From Haliotis rufescens (Eukaryota): a stretch of 64,000 bases of DNA. The notes under the pieces were generated by a model that worked only from the letters and a program-made list of their open reading frames with translations, was not told the DNA's origin and did not search any database. The stretch spans positions 62,001 to 126,000 of the forward strand of contig NW_025963796.1 in NCBI RefSeq assembly GCF_023055435.1. The letters run 5' to 3'. The position numbers and the translations under genes are program-made. Shown piece by piece: positions 40,401-52,000 of the stretch. The number at the start of each line of letters is the position of its first letter. The stretch's first letter is position 1.

Positions 40401-43400
40401 AGCCCCAGCACACAGACCACTGCCACACCCGACTCCAGCACACAGACCACTGCCACACCCACCCAAACACACAGACCACTGCCGCATCCGACTCCAGCAC
40501 ACAGACCACTGCCACACCCAGCCCCAGCACAAAGACCACTGCCACACCCAGCCCCAGCACAAAGACCACTGCCACACCAACCCCCACACACAAATCACTT
40601 CCACACCCGACTCCAGCACCAACAAGAGTTATGTCCATTGCCTTCTGCCAATGAGTGTGTGACCCCCAACAACCAAGAGTCCGACCACCGGGCTGACACC
40701 CTGTTCAATCTTCCTTCAGGCGTGTCTGGTCCCCAGCAACCAGACCGGGTCCGACCCCATGACGTGTATGGAGTGCTGTGAGTCGAACGACTGCAACAGT
40801 CAGCTGTGTCGCGCCGCCGTCAATCAAATCGCTTCCACCTCACCTGTCCCGCCAACCGATATTGCTGCAATGGGTGTGTATGACATCTTCCATTGTCCTG
40901 CTGAGATAATACCCTGGATCAATTCGCTACCATTGCTTTGTTTTTAGTCCGATTCGAAATAGACTAGACTAAAAAGAACGGTCCACTCAATTTACACTCA
41001 TGAGCTGAGTGCGGCGTTAAACAACAAACAAACAAACAACAACAAACACTCATGAGCGAAAGAACGTCAGTGATACGTGAGATAGAGATTATGACGTGTC
41101 CTGAACGAAACATTCATGAGCAACTCGTGCTATTCCGGGACAAGCCGAATAGCGACTCGTGTCCTCTCATGGCCATTTTTTGCGACTGGGTTCTGTCTTA
41201 GCGCAAACGGGCATACCTAAAACAATTGTCAACTCGTTGCGTAATGGTTCACATATATTTCCCCCATTCGTCACCACTCGCCCCTTTCCGTAACCTGCAA
41301 GAAGACTCGTCCCCCTATCGATAAATGTTATGTGCGAAAATTCGACAAACCAATCAGAATGCGCGTATGATTTCAAATTCTTCGTCAAAGAATCCCGCAG
41401 AAATTTTTGATTTTACATATGTGTTGCATCTAAAAATATACCAAAGACACAGATAAATGTGTTCAATCATACTGTATAATTCCGCGAGTCCCGATGTGCT
41501 TTAAATTGCATCTGAAATATATAAAGTATATTGGTAAAATGTGTGAACGATTACGCAAAGAGGTGACAATTGTTTTAGGTAAGCCCGTTTGCGCTAAGCC
41601 GGAACTCGGTCGCAAAAATGGCCACGAGAGGGGCACGAGTCGCTATTCGGCTTGGCCCGGAATAACACGAGTTGGTCACAAATGATATTTCCCCAAATAT
41701 TATATATATTTCAGATGCAATTTAAAGCACACCGGGACTCGCGGAATTATAAAGTATGTTTGAACACATTTAACTGTGTCTTGGGTATATATTTAGATGC
41801 AAGACATATGTAAAATCAAAATTATTTCTGCGGGATTCTTTGAAGAGGAACTTGAAGTCATACGCGCATTCTGATTGGTTTGTCGTGTTTTCGCACCTAA
41901 CATTCTTCGATAGAGGGACGAGTCTTCTTGCAGGTTACGGAAAGGGGCGAGTGGTGACGAATGTGAACGAAAATATAACTCCGAGTCCAGGGTATTTATC
42001 CTAATTGAACGGCGATTTTACACTCTGGATAATCGAGTGTAGCCAGACATTACCTTGTCATAACATCACTGGTACTATAGCACTCGGGAAGTACATCCAA
42101 CACTGTCTGGTCATAGCAATGTAGTATTGTTACTTTGTTAGCGCTTCAACAAACAACGAGGGGCGGTCGGGTAGCTTAGTGGTTAAAGCGTTCGCTCGTC
42201 ACGCCGAAGACCCGGGTTCGATTCCTGACATGGGTACAATGTGTGAAGCCCATTTCTGGTGACCCCCCGCCGTGATATTGCTGGAATATTGCTAAAAGCG
42301 ACGTAAAACCATACTCACTCACTCACTCAACAATCAACGAATTCCCCGCAGTCTTATATTTAAAGCGACGGCAAGCCCACCAATATTAAAATCAATTAAC
42401 TTACCACCGTGTCGTAGACCTACTATTATCTAACACGGGCGTCTCAGCGATGTGTTCATGTATTAATGACGTCATTAGAATGTTCTGTCATTGAAAGGAT
42501 GTCCCCAGAACTTCTCCAAGGGAGGTAACTCGTGCTACTACTTCTCCAACGAAACCAAGGCCTGGGCAACTGCTTTGACAGCGTGCAGAGGATTAGGGGC
42601 GGATCTTGTTTCCATAGAAACGCAGTCAGAAAGTGACGCTATAACTCAAATTCTCATTTCAACTTTACGTGAGTATATACATGATGCGGGTCGCCGTGCT
42701 CGGGTCTTTATCAAAGATGGACTCTCCTTTAAGTTTGTTGTAATTCGGGTAACTGTACATATAATACATGTCGCATCTCATCTACAAACATATACGTCAG
42801 ATCTGATCAAGGGGCACTGTTAAACACAACATACGTCAGATCTGATCAAGGGGCACTGTTAAACACAACATACGTCAGATCTGATCAAGGGGCACTGTTA
42901 AACACAACATATGTCTGATCTGATCAAGGGGCACTGTTAAACACAACATACGTCAGATCTGATCAAGGGGCACTGTTAAACACAACACATATCAGATCTG
43001 ACCAAGGGGTACTGTTAAACACAACATACGTCAGATCTGATCAAGGGGTACTGTTAAACACAACATACGTCAGATCTGATCAAGGGGTACTGTTAAACAC
43101 AACATACGTCAGATCTGATCAAGGGGCAGTGTTAAACACAACATACGTCAGATCTGACCAAGGGGCACTGTTAAACACAACACATGTCTGCTCTGATCAA
43201 GGGGCACTGTTAAACACAACACATGTCTGATCTGATCAAGGGACACTGTTAAACACAACATACGTCAGATCTCATCAAGGACCACAGTTCAACCAACACA
43301 TGTCAGATCTGATCAAGGGGCACTGTTAAACACAACACATGTCAGATCTGATCAAGGGGCACTGTTAAACAGAACACATGTCTGATCTGATCAAGGGGCA

Positions 43401-44095
43401 CTGTTAAACACAACACATGTCTGATCTGATCAAGGGGCACTGTTAAACACAACACATGTCTGATCTGATCAAGGGGCACTGTTAAACACAACACATGTCT
43501 GATCTGATCTATCAACACTGTTAAACACAACACATGTCAGATCTGATCTATCAACACTGTTAACCAAAACACATGTCTAGTCTGATCTATCAACACTGTT
43601 AAACACAACACATGTCTAGTCTGATCTATCAACACTGTTAAACACAACACATGTCTAGTCTGATCTATCAACACTGTTAAACACAACACATGTCTGATCT
43701 GACCAAGGACCACAGTTCAACGCAACACATGTCTGATCTGATCTATCAACACTGTTAAACACAACACATGTCAGATCTGATCTATCAACACTGTTAAACA
43801 CAACACATGTCAGATCTCATCTACATACACTGATACATATCTGTTCCCAGAGACGCAGGTGACAGGCTACTGGATCGGTGGGTACTATGTAACCGCGACC
43901 TCCTCCTGGACATGGCCCGACTACCAGCCCATCACGTTCACAAACTGGGGGCCCAGTCAGCCCCGGTACAAGTCGTACACCTACACGATCACCATGCTGA
44001 ATCCCCAGAAGAACTCGGGTTTCACTGTCTGGGGCTGGGCGTCCGTTGCCGCTACGACGGCATACAACTACATCTGCGAGACGAAGGCTCAGTAG
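26909..44095 (+). CDS. Secreted 2x LU/three-finger-like + C-type lectin protein (gene 1); join(26909..26932,28672..28723,31407..31498,32845..32916,36163..36301,37264..37340,39019..39090,40720..40873,42498..42668,43851..44095), 365 aa
   Basis: All introns GT-AG with compatible phases, total 1098 nt; hydrophobic N-terminus MYTTLTVLVALIVQAVVDVRC; two CxxC..C..C..C..GC..C..CxxCCxxxxCNxxLC domains; CTLD CP..SCYY..W..A...C...GADLVSI...WIGG...NWGP.QP...YICE; AATAAA at 44107. Confidence 0.85.
27563..27871 (+). mobile_element. SINE family B, internally deleted
   Basis: Family consensus. Confidence 0.85.
28785..29620 (-). mobile_element. Diverged copy of the 6212-7220 element
   Basis: Shared blocks, e.g. 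aaagggaagctactct and atatttgcatc...atatgaccc. Confidence 0.65.
30553..31447 (+). repeat. 61-bp minisatellite, about 15 copies; unit = 3' acceptor + start of gene 1 exon 3
   Basis: Unit tatacatttatctcccccag|ctccggtgtataatggtatacgctgtctagagtgtcatgaa; the last copy is the real exon. Confidence 0.95.
32090..32830. repeat. Pyrimidine-rich compound minisatellite ending at the exon 4 acceptor
   Basis: Recurring ctacttgtgttctttacgtgttct blocks. Confidence 0.9.
32890..36047 (+). repeat. 56-bp minisatellite, about 56 copies; unit = gene 1 exon 4 3' end + GTAAGT donor
   Basis: Unit taccacatgggctgtgagctcaagtct|gtaagtgtcacaactcactgtatcagacc. Confidence 0.97.
36284..37160 (+). repeat. 38-bp minisatellite, about 23 copies; unit = gene 1 exon 5 3' end + GTAAGT donor
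   Basis: Unit caccgacacagaacaaca|gtaagtagacacgatagcgc. Confidence 0.95.
37348..37560. repeat. 50-bp repeat, about 4 copies, directly after the exon 6 donor
   Basis: ggacagaca recurs every 50 bp. Confidence 0.85.
37728..38590 (-). mobile_element. Copy of the 6212-7220 element, with half of the palindrome retained
   Basis: Reverse-complement match along its length. Confidence 0.8.
38610..38768 (-). mobile_element. SINE family A
   Basis: About 25-bp flanking direct repeat tacccgttatagrataaatgtgggt. Confidence 0.9.
38807..39008 (+). mobile_element. SINE family A inserted at a splice acceptor
   Basis: TSD cttgttccag(g) at 38797 and 39009; (CACT)n tail. Confidence 0.9.
39190..40620. repeat. 29-30-bp C/A-rich minisatellite (cacagaccactgccacacccaccccagca)
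   Basis: Direct periodicity. Confidence 0.95.
41111..41963. mobile_element. About 420-bp MITE (Mutator-like TSD length) with an inverted copy of itself nested at 41265-41684
   Basis: Imperfect TIR cattcgtcaccactcg; outer TSD tgaacgaaa (9 bp); inner TSD atatttcccc (10 bp). Confidence 0.85.
42160..42328 (+). mobile_element. SINE family A
   Basis: Family consensus; imperfect TSD caacaa(a/t)caacga. Confidence 0.9.
42786..43820. repeat. 39-bp minisatellite, about 26 copies, in the last intron of gene 1
   Basis: Unit acaacatacgtcagatctgatcaaggggcactgttaaac. Confidence 0.95.
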
Positions 44096-44220
44096 GCTGA
44101 TATTTCAATAAAACATGGCTGTGAAGTTGTGCTGGTGTTTGAAATTTTTAATTGTGACGTAAATGGTTTAAATATATCACAGATATACATTGCAGTGATG
44201 TCATCAGGCGAATTGGGAGA

Positions 44221-44491
44221 GGTTGGTTGGTTGGTTGGTTTATTGTTTAACGCCGCACTCAGCAATATTCCAGCTATATGACGGCGGTCTGTAAATAATC
44301 TAGTCTGGACCAGACAATCCAGTGATTGATATCATGAGCATCGATCCACGCAATTGGGATCGATGACATGCATCAACCAAGTCAGCGAGCAAGACCACCC
44401 GATCCCGCTAGTCGCCTTTTACGACAAGCAAAGTTACCTTTACGGTAGGCATGGGTTGCTGAAGACCTATTCTACCCCGGAATCTTCACGG
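44221..44491 (-). mobile_element. SINE family C
   Basis: Family consensus; TSD cgaattgggagagg. Confidence 0.9.
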
Positions 44492-44682
44492 CTCGAATTG
44501 GGAGAGGGGGATGAGGGGGTTGGGGGGGGGGGGGGGGAATCTTGCCGAGCCTTGCCGTGTTGTTTGAAGGTCAGGATCACAGTACTGTACATGTACGTAG
44601 GTGGATCGTTGTATATCATGCACAGCGGTCTCTGACACGCTGACACATACTGTACAACCAGTACCACAGTTTGTACTGGAAA

Positions 44683-45840
44683 GACGGCATCTCACATAAT
44701 ACAGGAGAGACGGCATCTCACATAATACTGGAGAGACGGCATCTCACATAATACTTGAGAGACGCATCTCACATAATACGTGAGAGACGCATCTCACATA
44801 ATACAGGAGAGGCGGTATCTCGCATTTACTCTACAGGGGTCGGTGTATTAAATAAGCGGCCGTATCTCACATATCACAGGAGCGGCCGTATCTCACATTA
44901 TACAGGAGCTGTCGTATCTCACATATACAGGAGTGAATGAAAATCACATTATACAGGGGTGGCCGTATTTCACATTATACAGGAGCGGCCGTATCTCACA
45001 TTATACAGGAGCGGCCGTATCTCACTTTATACAGGAGCGGCCGTATCTAACATTATACAAGAGCGGCCGTATCTCACATTGTACAAGAGCGGCCGTATCT
45101 CACACTATACATGTACAAGAGCGGCCGTATCTCACATTATACAAGAGCGGCCGTATCTCACATTATACAAGAGCGGCCGTATCTCACATTATACAAGAGC
45201 GGCCGTATCTCACATTATACAAGAGCGGCCGTATCTCACATTATACAAGAGCGGCCGTATCTCACATTGTAAAACAGCGACCGTATCTCACATTACACAG
45301 GAGCGACCATATCTCACATTATACAAGAGCGGCGGTATCTCACATAATGCAGGAGCGGCCGTATCTCACATTATACAAGAGCGGCCGTATCTCACATTAC
45401 ACAGAAGCGACCGTATCTCACATTAAACAGGAGTGGCCGTATCTCATATTACACATGAGCGGCCGTATCTCACATTTTACAATAGCGGCCGTGTCTCACA
45501 TTATACAGGAGCGGCCGCATCTCACATTGTACAAGAGCGGCCGTATCTCACATTAAACAGGAGTGGCCGTATCTCATATTATACATTAGCGGCCGTATCT
45601 CACATTTTACAATAGCGGCCGTGTCTCACATTGTACAAGAGCGGCCGTATCTTACGTAATAGGAGCGGTCGTATCTCACATTATACAGGAGCGGCCGTAT
45701 CTCACAATATACAGGAGCGGCCGTATCTCACAATATACAGGAGCGGCCGTATCTCACATAACAGGAGCGGCCGTATCTCACGTTTTACAAAAGCAGCCGT
45801 GTTTTAAATTATACTAAAACGTCGGTGTCTCACATTATAA
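44683..45840. repeat. About 26-bp minisatellite upstream of gene 2 (gagcggccgtatctcacattatacar)
   Basis: Direct periodicity. Confidence 0.95.
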
Positions 45841-46035
45841 AGGAGAGCCGGTATACTATATTGGCCGCCTCAATCCCACTGACCATCATAACGAAAAAGC
45901 ACTGTTAATCCATAGGAGCTGTTCCAATTCTTATCAGACGCTGCCACACCGTGCTATCTGTGTGGTTGTGCATGGACATACTGCTGATAAGAGTTCCACC
46001 TCACAGCCTTGTGTGTCAGACCTCTTAGGACCAAC

Positions 46036-49000
46036 ATGGCGGACTTTGTGCAGTTGGTGAGTTGCTTGTTCCGCGAGAGACTTTCACCGCTGATGATCAT
46101 TTTCCGTATATACCTTCCTACCTACACGTGTCCATTGCTTTCAAATTTGAATGAAACAAGTAGTGTATCCATATCTACATGTATATGTTTGATTATTGCA
46201 CACCTCTAGCTGAGAGGGCGGTCGGGTAACCTCGTGGTTAAAGCGTTTGCTCGTCACGCCGAAGACCCAGGTTCGATTCCCGACATGGGTACAGTGTGTG
46301 AAGCCCATTTCTGGTGTCCCCCGCCGTGATATTGCTGGAATATTGCTAAAAGCGGCGGAAAACCATACTCACTCGCTGTGGAGAGTTGCGTCCCTTGGGA
46401 ACGCCAGAAACCTATGATTGTGGGTTTGAATCCCGGTTCGCCCCGATTATATTTCTAGGTTTGTCAGCACCATACCCGTGCTCGTGGGTTTCACTGAAGT
46501 GGTAAACATCCGAGACCTACATCACTTCAGGGTTACCTCCCACATTAAGCTGACACGCCGTGATGTAACTGGAATACTGTTAAAAGCGACGTTAAACCGA
46601 ACTCACTCGCTCAAGCTGAGATATTACTCGTATCCATTATACGATGAATACTGTTATGCAGAACACTGATCGACTGTTCAATGCTTGACCTTTAGATGAT
46701 GACCCTTCTGCTAATGTGTAACGTCATCGGCGCAACAGATGAAGAGGACTTGTCTAAACGCCAGAACGTCATAGGTACATCATACTTTATTACATCTAAC
46801 TGAACTAGGAATTCCTTGTACATCTACTATGACGTGGTACCTTAGTATGTCTCTCCTTGAAAAAGACCGCCTCCGTGGTCTAATGGTAGGGCGTCCGCCC
46901 GGAGAGCGGAAGTTCCGGGGTTCGATCCCAAGCCGCGTCATACCAAAAGACGTTAAAAGATGGTACTTGTTGTTACCCTGTCTTGCGATCGGTATTAAGG
47001 GGCTAAAACAAGGACAAGTATACTGTGTCTGAGTGGGGTATTAATCTTAAACTGCGGCATGGTATCTCAGTGAGCTAGCACTATAAATCGGCATCAGTCC
47101 GGACTAGTACAAAAAGCCACACACACACGTGCATGCACGTCGCTATATAAGTGCAATAATCTTGGATGCGATGTTAAACCCCATTTCACCTCACTTCTTC
47201 GAAAAATGTTATTAAATCATAATCCCTTGCCCCTCATACCCCGAGTGTATGTTTAAGTAGAATATATGGCTGGTGCCTTGCGCTGGTACGGTAATATGAT
47301 AGCTGTATCAGTGAAGCTTGTACCTGCTTGAACTTTGACCCCCAAACAAGTGATTGACAGTGTGAGTAAAGATAACAATCGGAGCAGAGAGAAAGCTGTG
47401 CTTGGTGGTCACCATATACGTTTTGTCCTCCCCATGAACGCGCGACCCGTGAAGATTCCGGGGTAGAATAGGTCTTCAGCAACCCATGCTTGCCGTAAAA
47501 GTTGACTATGCTTGTCGTAAAGGCGACTGACGGCATCGGGTGTTCAGGCTCGCGGACTTGGTTGATGCATGTCATCGATCCCAATTGCGTGGATCGAGAC
47601 TCATGATATCAATCACTGGATTGTCTGATCCAGACTCGATTATTTACAGACCGCCGTCATATAGCTGGAATATTGCTGATAGCGGCGTTAAACAACAAAC
47701 CAACCAACACACCCCTGAACGCGCTGCCGATGTATCTGTGACCTGTGAGCACTGTGACAATGTATCTCTATGACATGTGAGCACTGTGACGATGTATCTC
47801 TATGACCTGTGAGCACTGTGACGATGTATCTCTATAACCTGTGAGCACTGTGACGATGTATCTCTATGACCGGTGAGCACATTGACGACGTATCTCTATA
47901 ACATGTGAGTACTGTGACGATGTATCTCTATGACCTGTGAGCACTGTGACGATGTATCTCTATGACCTGTGAGCACTGTGACGATGTATCTCTATGACCT
48001 GTGAGCACTGTGACGACGTATCTCTATAACCTGTGAGCACTGTGACGATGTATCTGTGCCCTGTGAGCACTGTGACGATGTATCTCAATGATCTGTGAGC
48101 ACAGTGACGATGTATTTCTATGACCCTTGAGCACTGTGACGATGTATCTCAATGACCAGTGAGCACTGTGACGATGTACCTCTATGACCTGTGAGCACTG
48201 TGACGATGTATCTCTATGACCTGTGAGCACTGTGACGATATATCTCTATGACCTGTGAGCACTGTGACGATGTATCTCTATGACCTGTGAGTACTGTGAC
48301 GATGTATCTCTATAACCTGTGAGCACTGTGACGATGTATCTCTATGACCTGTGAGCACTGTGACGATGTATCTCTATAACCTGTGAGCACTGTGACGATG
48401 TATCTCTATGACCGGTGAGCACATTGACGACGTATCTCTATAACATGTGAGCACTGTGACAATGTATCTCTATGACCTGTGAGCACTGTGACGATGTATC
48501 TCTATGACCTGTGAGCACTGTGACGATGTATCTCTATGACCTGTGAGCACTGTGACGATGTATCTCTATGACCTGTGAGCACTGTGACGACGTATCTCTA
48601 TAACCTGTGAGCACTGTGACGATGTATCTGTGCCCTGTGAGCACTGTGACGATGTATCTCAATGATCTGTGAGCACAGTGACGATGTATTTCTATGACCC
48701 TTGAGCACTGTGACGATGTATCTCAATGACCAGTGAGCACTGTGACGATGTACCTCTATGACCTGTGAGCACTGTGACGATGTATCTCTATGACCTGTGA
48801 GCACTGTGACGATATATCTCTATGACCTGTGAGCACTGTGACGATGTATCTCTATGACCTGTGAGCACTGTGACGATGTATCTCTATAACCTGTGAGCAC
48901 TGTGACGATGTATCTCTATGACCTGTGAGCACAGTGACGATGTATCTCTATAACCTGTGAGCACTGTGACGATGTATCTCTATGACCTGTGAGCACATTG

Positions 49001-52000
49001 ACGACGTATCTCTATAACATGTGAGCACTGTGACGATGTATCTCAATGACCTGTGAGCACTGTGACGATGTATCTCTATAACCTGTGAGCACTGTGACGA
49101 TGTATCTCTATAACCTGTGAGCACTGTGACGATGTATCTCTATAACCTGTGAGCACTGTGACGACGTATCTCTATAACCTGTGAGCACTGTGACAATGTA
49201 TCTCTATGACCTGTGAGCACTGTGACGATGTATCTCTATAACCTGTGAGCACTGTGACGATGTATCTCTATAACCTGTGAGCACTGTGACAATGTATCTC
49301 TATGACCTGTGAGCACTGTGACGATGTATCTCAATGATCTGTGAGCACTGTGACGATGTATCTCTATGACCTGTGAGCACTGTGACGATGTATCTCAATG
49401 ATCTGTGAGCACTGTGACGATGTATCTCAATGATCTGTGAGCACTGTGACGATGTATCTCTATGACCTGTGAGCAGATTGACGACGTATCTCTATAACCT
49501 GTGAGCACTGTGACGATGTATCTCTATGACCTGTGAGCACTGTGACGATGTATCTCTATAACCTGTGAGCACTGTAATGATGTATCTCTATGACCTGTGA
49601 GCACTGTGACGATGTATCTCAATGGCCTGTGAGCACTGTGACGATGTATTTCTATGACCTTTGAGCACTGTGACGATGTATCTGTGATCTGTGACGATGT
49701 ATCTCTATGACCTGTGAGCACATTGACGATGTATCTCTATGACCTGTGAGCACTGTGACGATGTATCTGTGATCTGTGACGATGTATCTCTATGACCTGT
49801 GAGCACATTGACGATGTATCTCTATGACCTGTGAGCACTGTGACGATGTATCTCAATGACCTGTGAGCACTGTGACCATGTATCTCAATGACCTGTGAGC
49901 ACTGTGACCATGTATCTCAATGACCTGTTAGGTCTTTGATGGTGCACCAGTCTGCCCTGTGAGCCCTGTGATGGCCCTTCGCCTTCGCAACACCTGATAT
50001 GACATTGCCGGAACGATTCCTGTTCTTCAGACAGACGATGCTTTGAATGCCACGAGACAGACGCGCCCTTCAAGTGTCTGACACTGGCCAAATGTGGCAA
50101 CGGTGAGGTAGGTATGTCATCTGTGTCATCGGGATCATCTACATCACCCAGTGGGCGGGAACATCTATATCACCCAGTTGGCAGGAACATTAATATCACC
50201 CAGTTGGCAGGAACATCTATATCACCCAGTGGGCGGGAACATCTATATCACCCAGTTGGCAGGAACATCTATATCACCCAGTTGGCAGGAACATCTATAT
50301 CACCCAGTGGGCGGGAACATCTATATCACCTAGTGGGAGGAGACATCAATATCACCAAGTGGACGGGGACATCTGTATCACCCAGTGGATGGGGACATAT
50401 ATATTATCCAGTAGGTTCGGACATTTATATAATCCAGTGGGAGGGGACATCTATATCACCCAGTGGGCGGGAACATATATATTACTCAGTGGGCGGAGAC
50501 ATAGATGTTGCCAAATGGGCGGGGACATCCATATCACCCAGTGGGAGGGGCCATCTATATCACCCAGACATCTATATAATCCAGTTGGAGGGGACATCTA
50601 TATAATCCAGTTGGAGGGGACATCTATATAATCCAGTGGGAGGGGACATCTATATAATCCAGTTGGAGGGGTCATCTATATAATCCAGTGGGTGGGGACA
50701 TCTATATAATCCAGTGGGTGGGGTCATCTATATAATCCAGTGGGTGGGGACATCTATATAATCCAGTGGGTGGGGTCATCTATATAATCCAGTGGGTGGG
50801 GACATCTATATAATCCAGTGGGAGGGGACATCTATATAATCCAGTGGGAAGGGCCATCTATATAATCCAATGGGTGGGGTCATATATATAATCCAGTGGG
50901 AGGGGACATCTATATAATCCAGAGGGTCGGGACATCTATATAATCCAGTGGGAGGGGACATCTATATAATCCAGTGGGTGGGGACATCTATATAATCCAG
51001 TGGGAGGGGACATCTATATTATCCAGTATCGACTTTTCCATCAATTTCTCATCGACTTCTCAACATTGCACATACCCATCCAACCATTCCCTCACCCACC
51101 CATCCATCCATTCCCTCACCAACTCGACCTATCACTCATCCACCTATTCATTCACCCACACATCCACTCTCCGATTTATACACCCAACCACCCACTCATT
51201 CACTCAGCACTCAACAATCACTCACACATCTATCGATTCACTCACTCATCCATCGACCCACTCATCCATCCATCGACTCACTCACTCATCCACTCACTCA
51301 CCCATCCATCGACTCACTCACCCACCGATCAACTCACTCACTCATCCACTCACTCACCAATCCATCGACTCACTCACTCATCCACTCACTTACTCATCCG
51401 TCCATCGACTCGCTCACACATCCATCCAATCACTCGACCATCCATCGACTTACTAACCCATCCGAGCACTCACTCATCCACTCACTCGCTCACCCATCCA
51501 TCGACTCGCTCACACATCCATCCAATCACTCGACCATCCATCGACTTACTAACCCATCCACGCACTCACTCATCCACTCACTCGCTCACCCATCCATCGA
51601 CTCACTCACCCATCCATCGACTTACTCACCCATCCACTCACTCACTCACCCATCCATCGACTAACTCATCCATCGACTCACTCACCCATTCATCGACTAA
51701 TTCATCCATCCATCAACTCACTCACCCACCCATCCACTCACTCACCCATCCATCGACGCACTCACTCATCCATCGACTTACTCACCCATCCATCGACTCA
51801 CGCATCCATCGACTCACTCACCCACCCATCCATCGACTCACCCACCCATCGACTCACTCACCCATCCATCGACTTACTCACCCATCCACTCTCACTCACC
51901 CATCCATCGACTCACTCATCCATTGACTCACTCACCCATCCATCGACTCACTCACTCATCCATCGAATTACTCACCCATCCATCGACTCACTCATCCATC

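Noticed and set aside
39359-40662. Gly/Cys-rich keratin-associated-like ORFs on the minus strand
   Set aside because: Translations of an intronic 30-bp minisatellite in all frames
47727-50060. 32-bp array as a derivative of the gene 2 exon 3 start
   Set aside because: Only gacgatg plus scattered matches; the array ends about 100 bp before the acceptor
50974-51926. His/Ser/Thr-rich ORFs
   Set aside because: Tetranucleotide microsatellite translation
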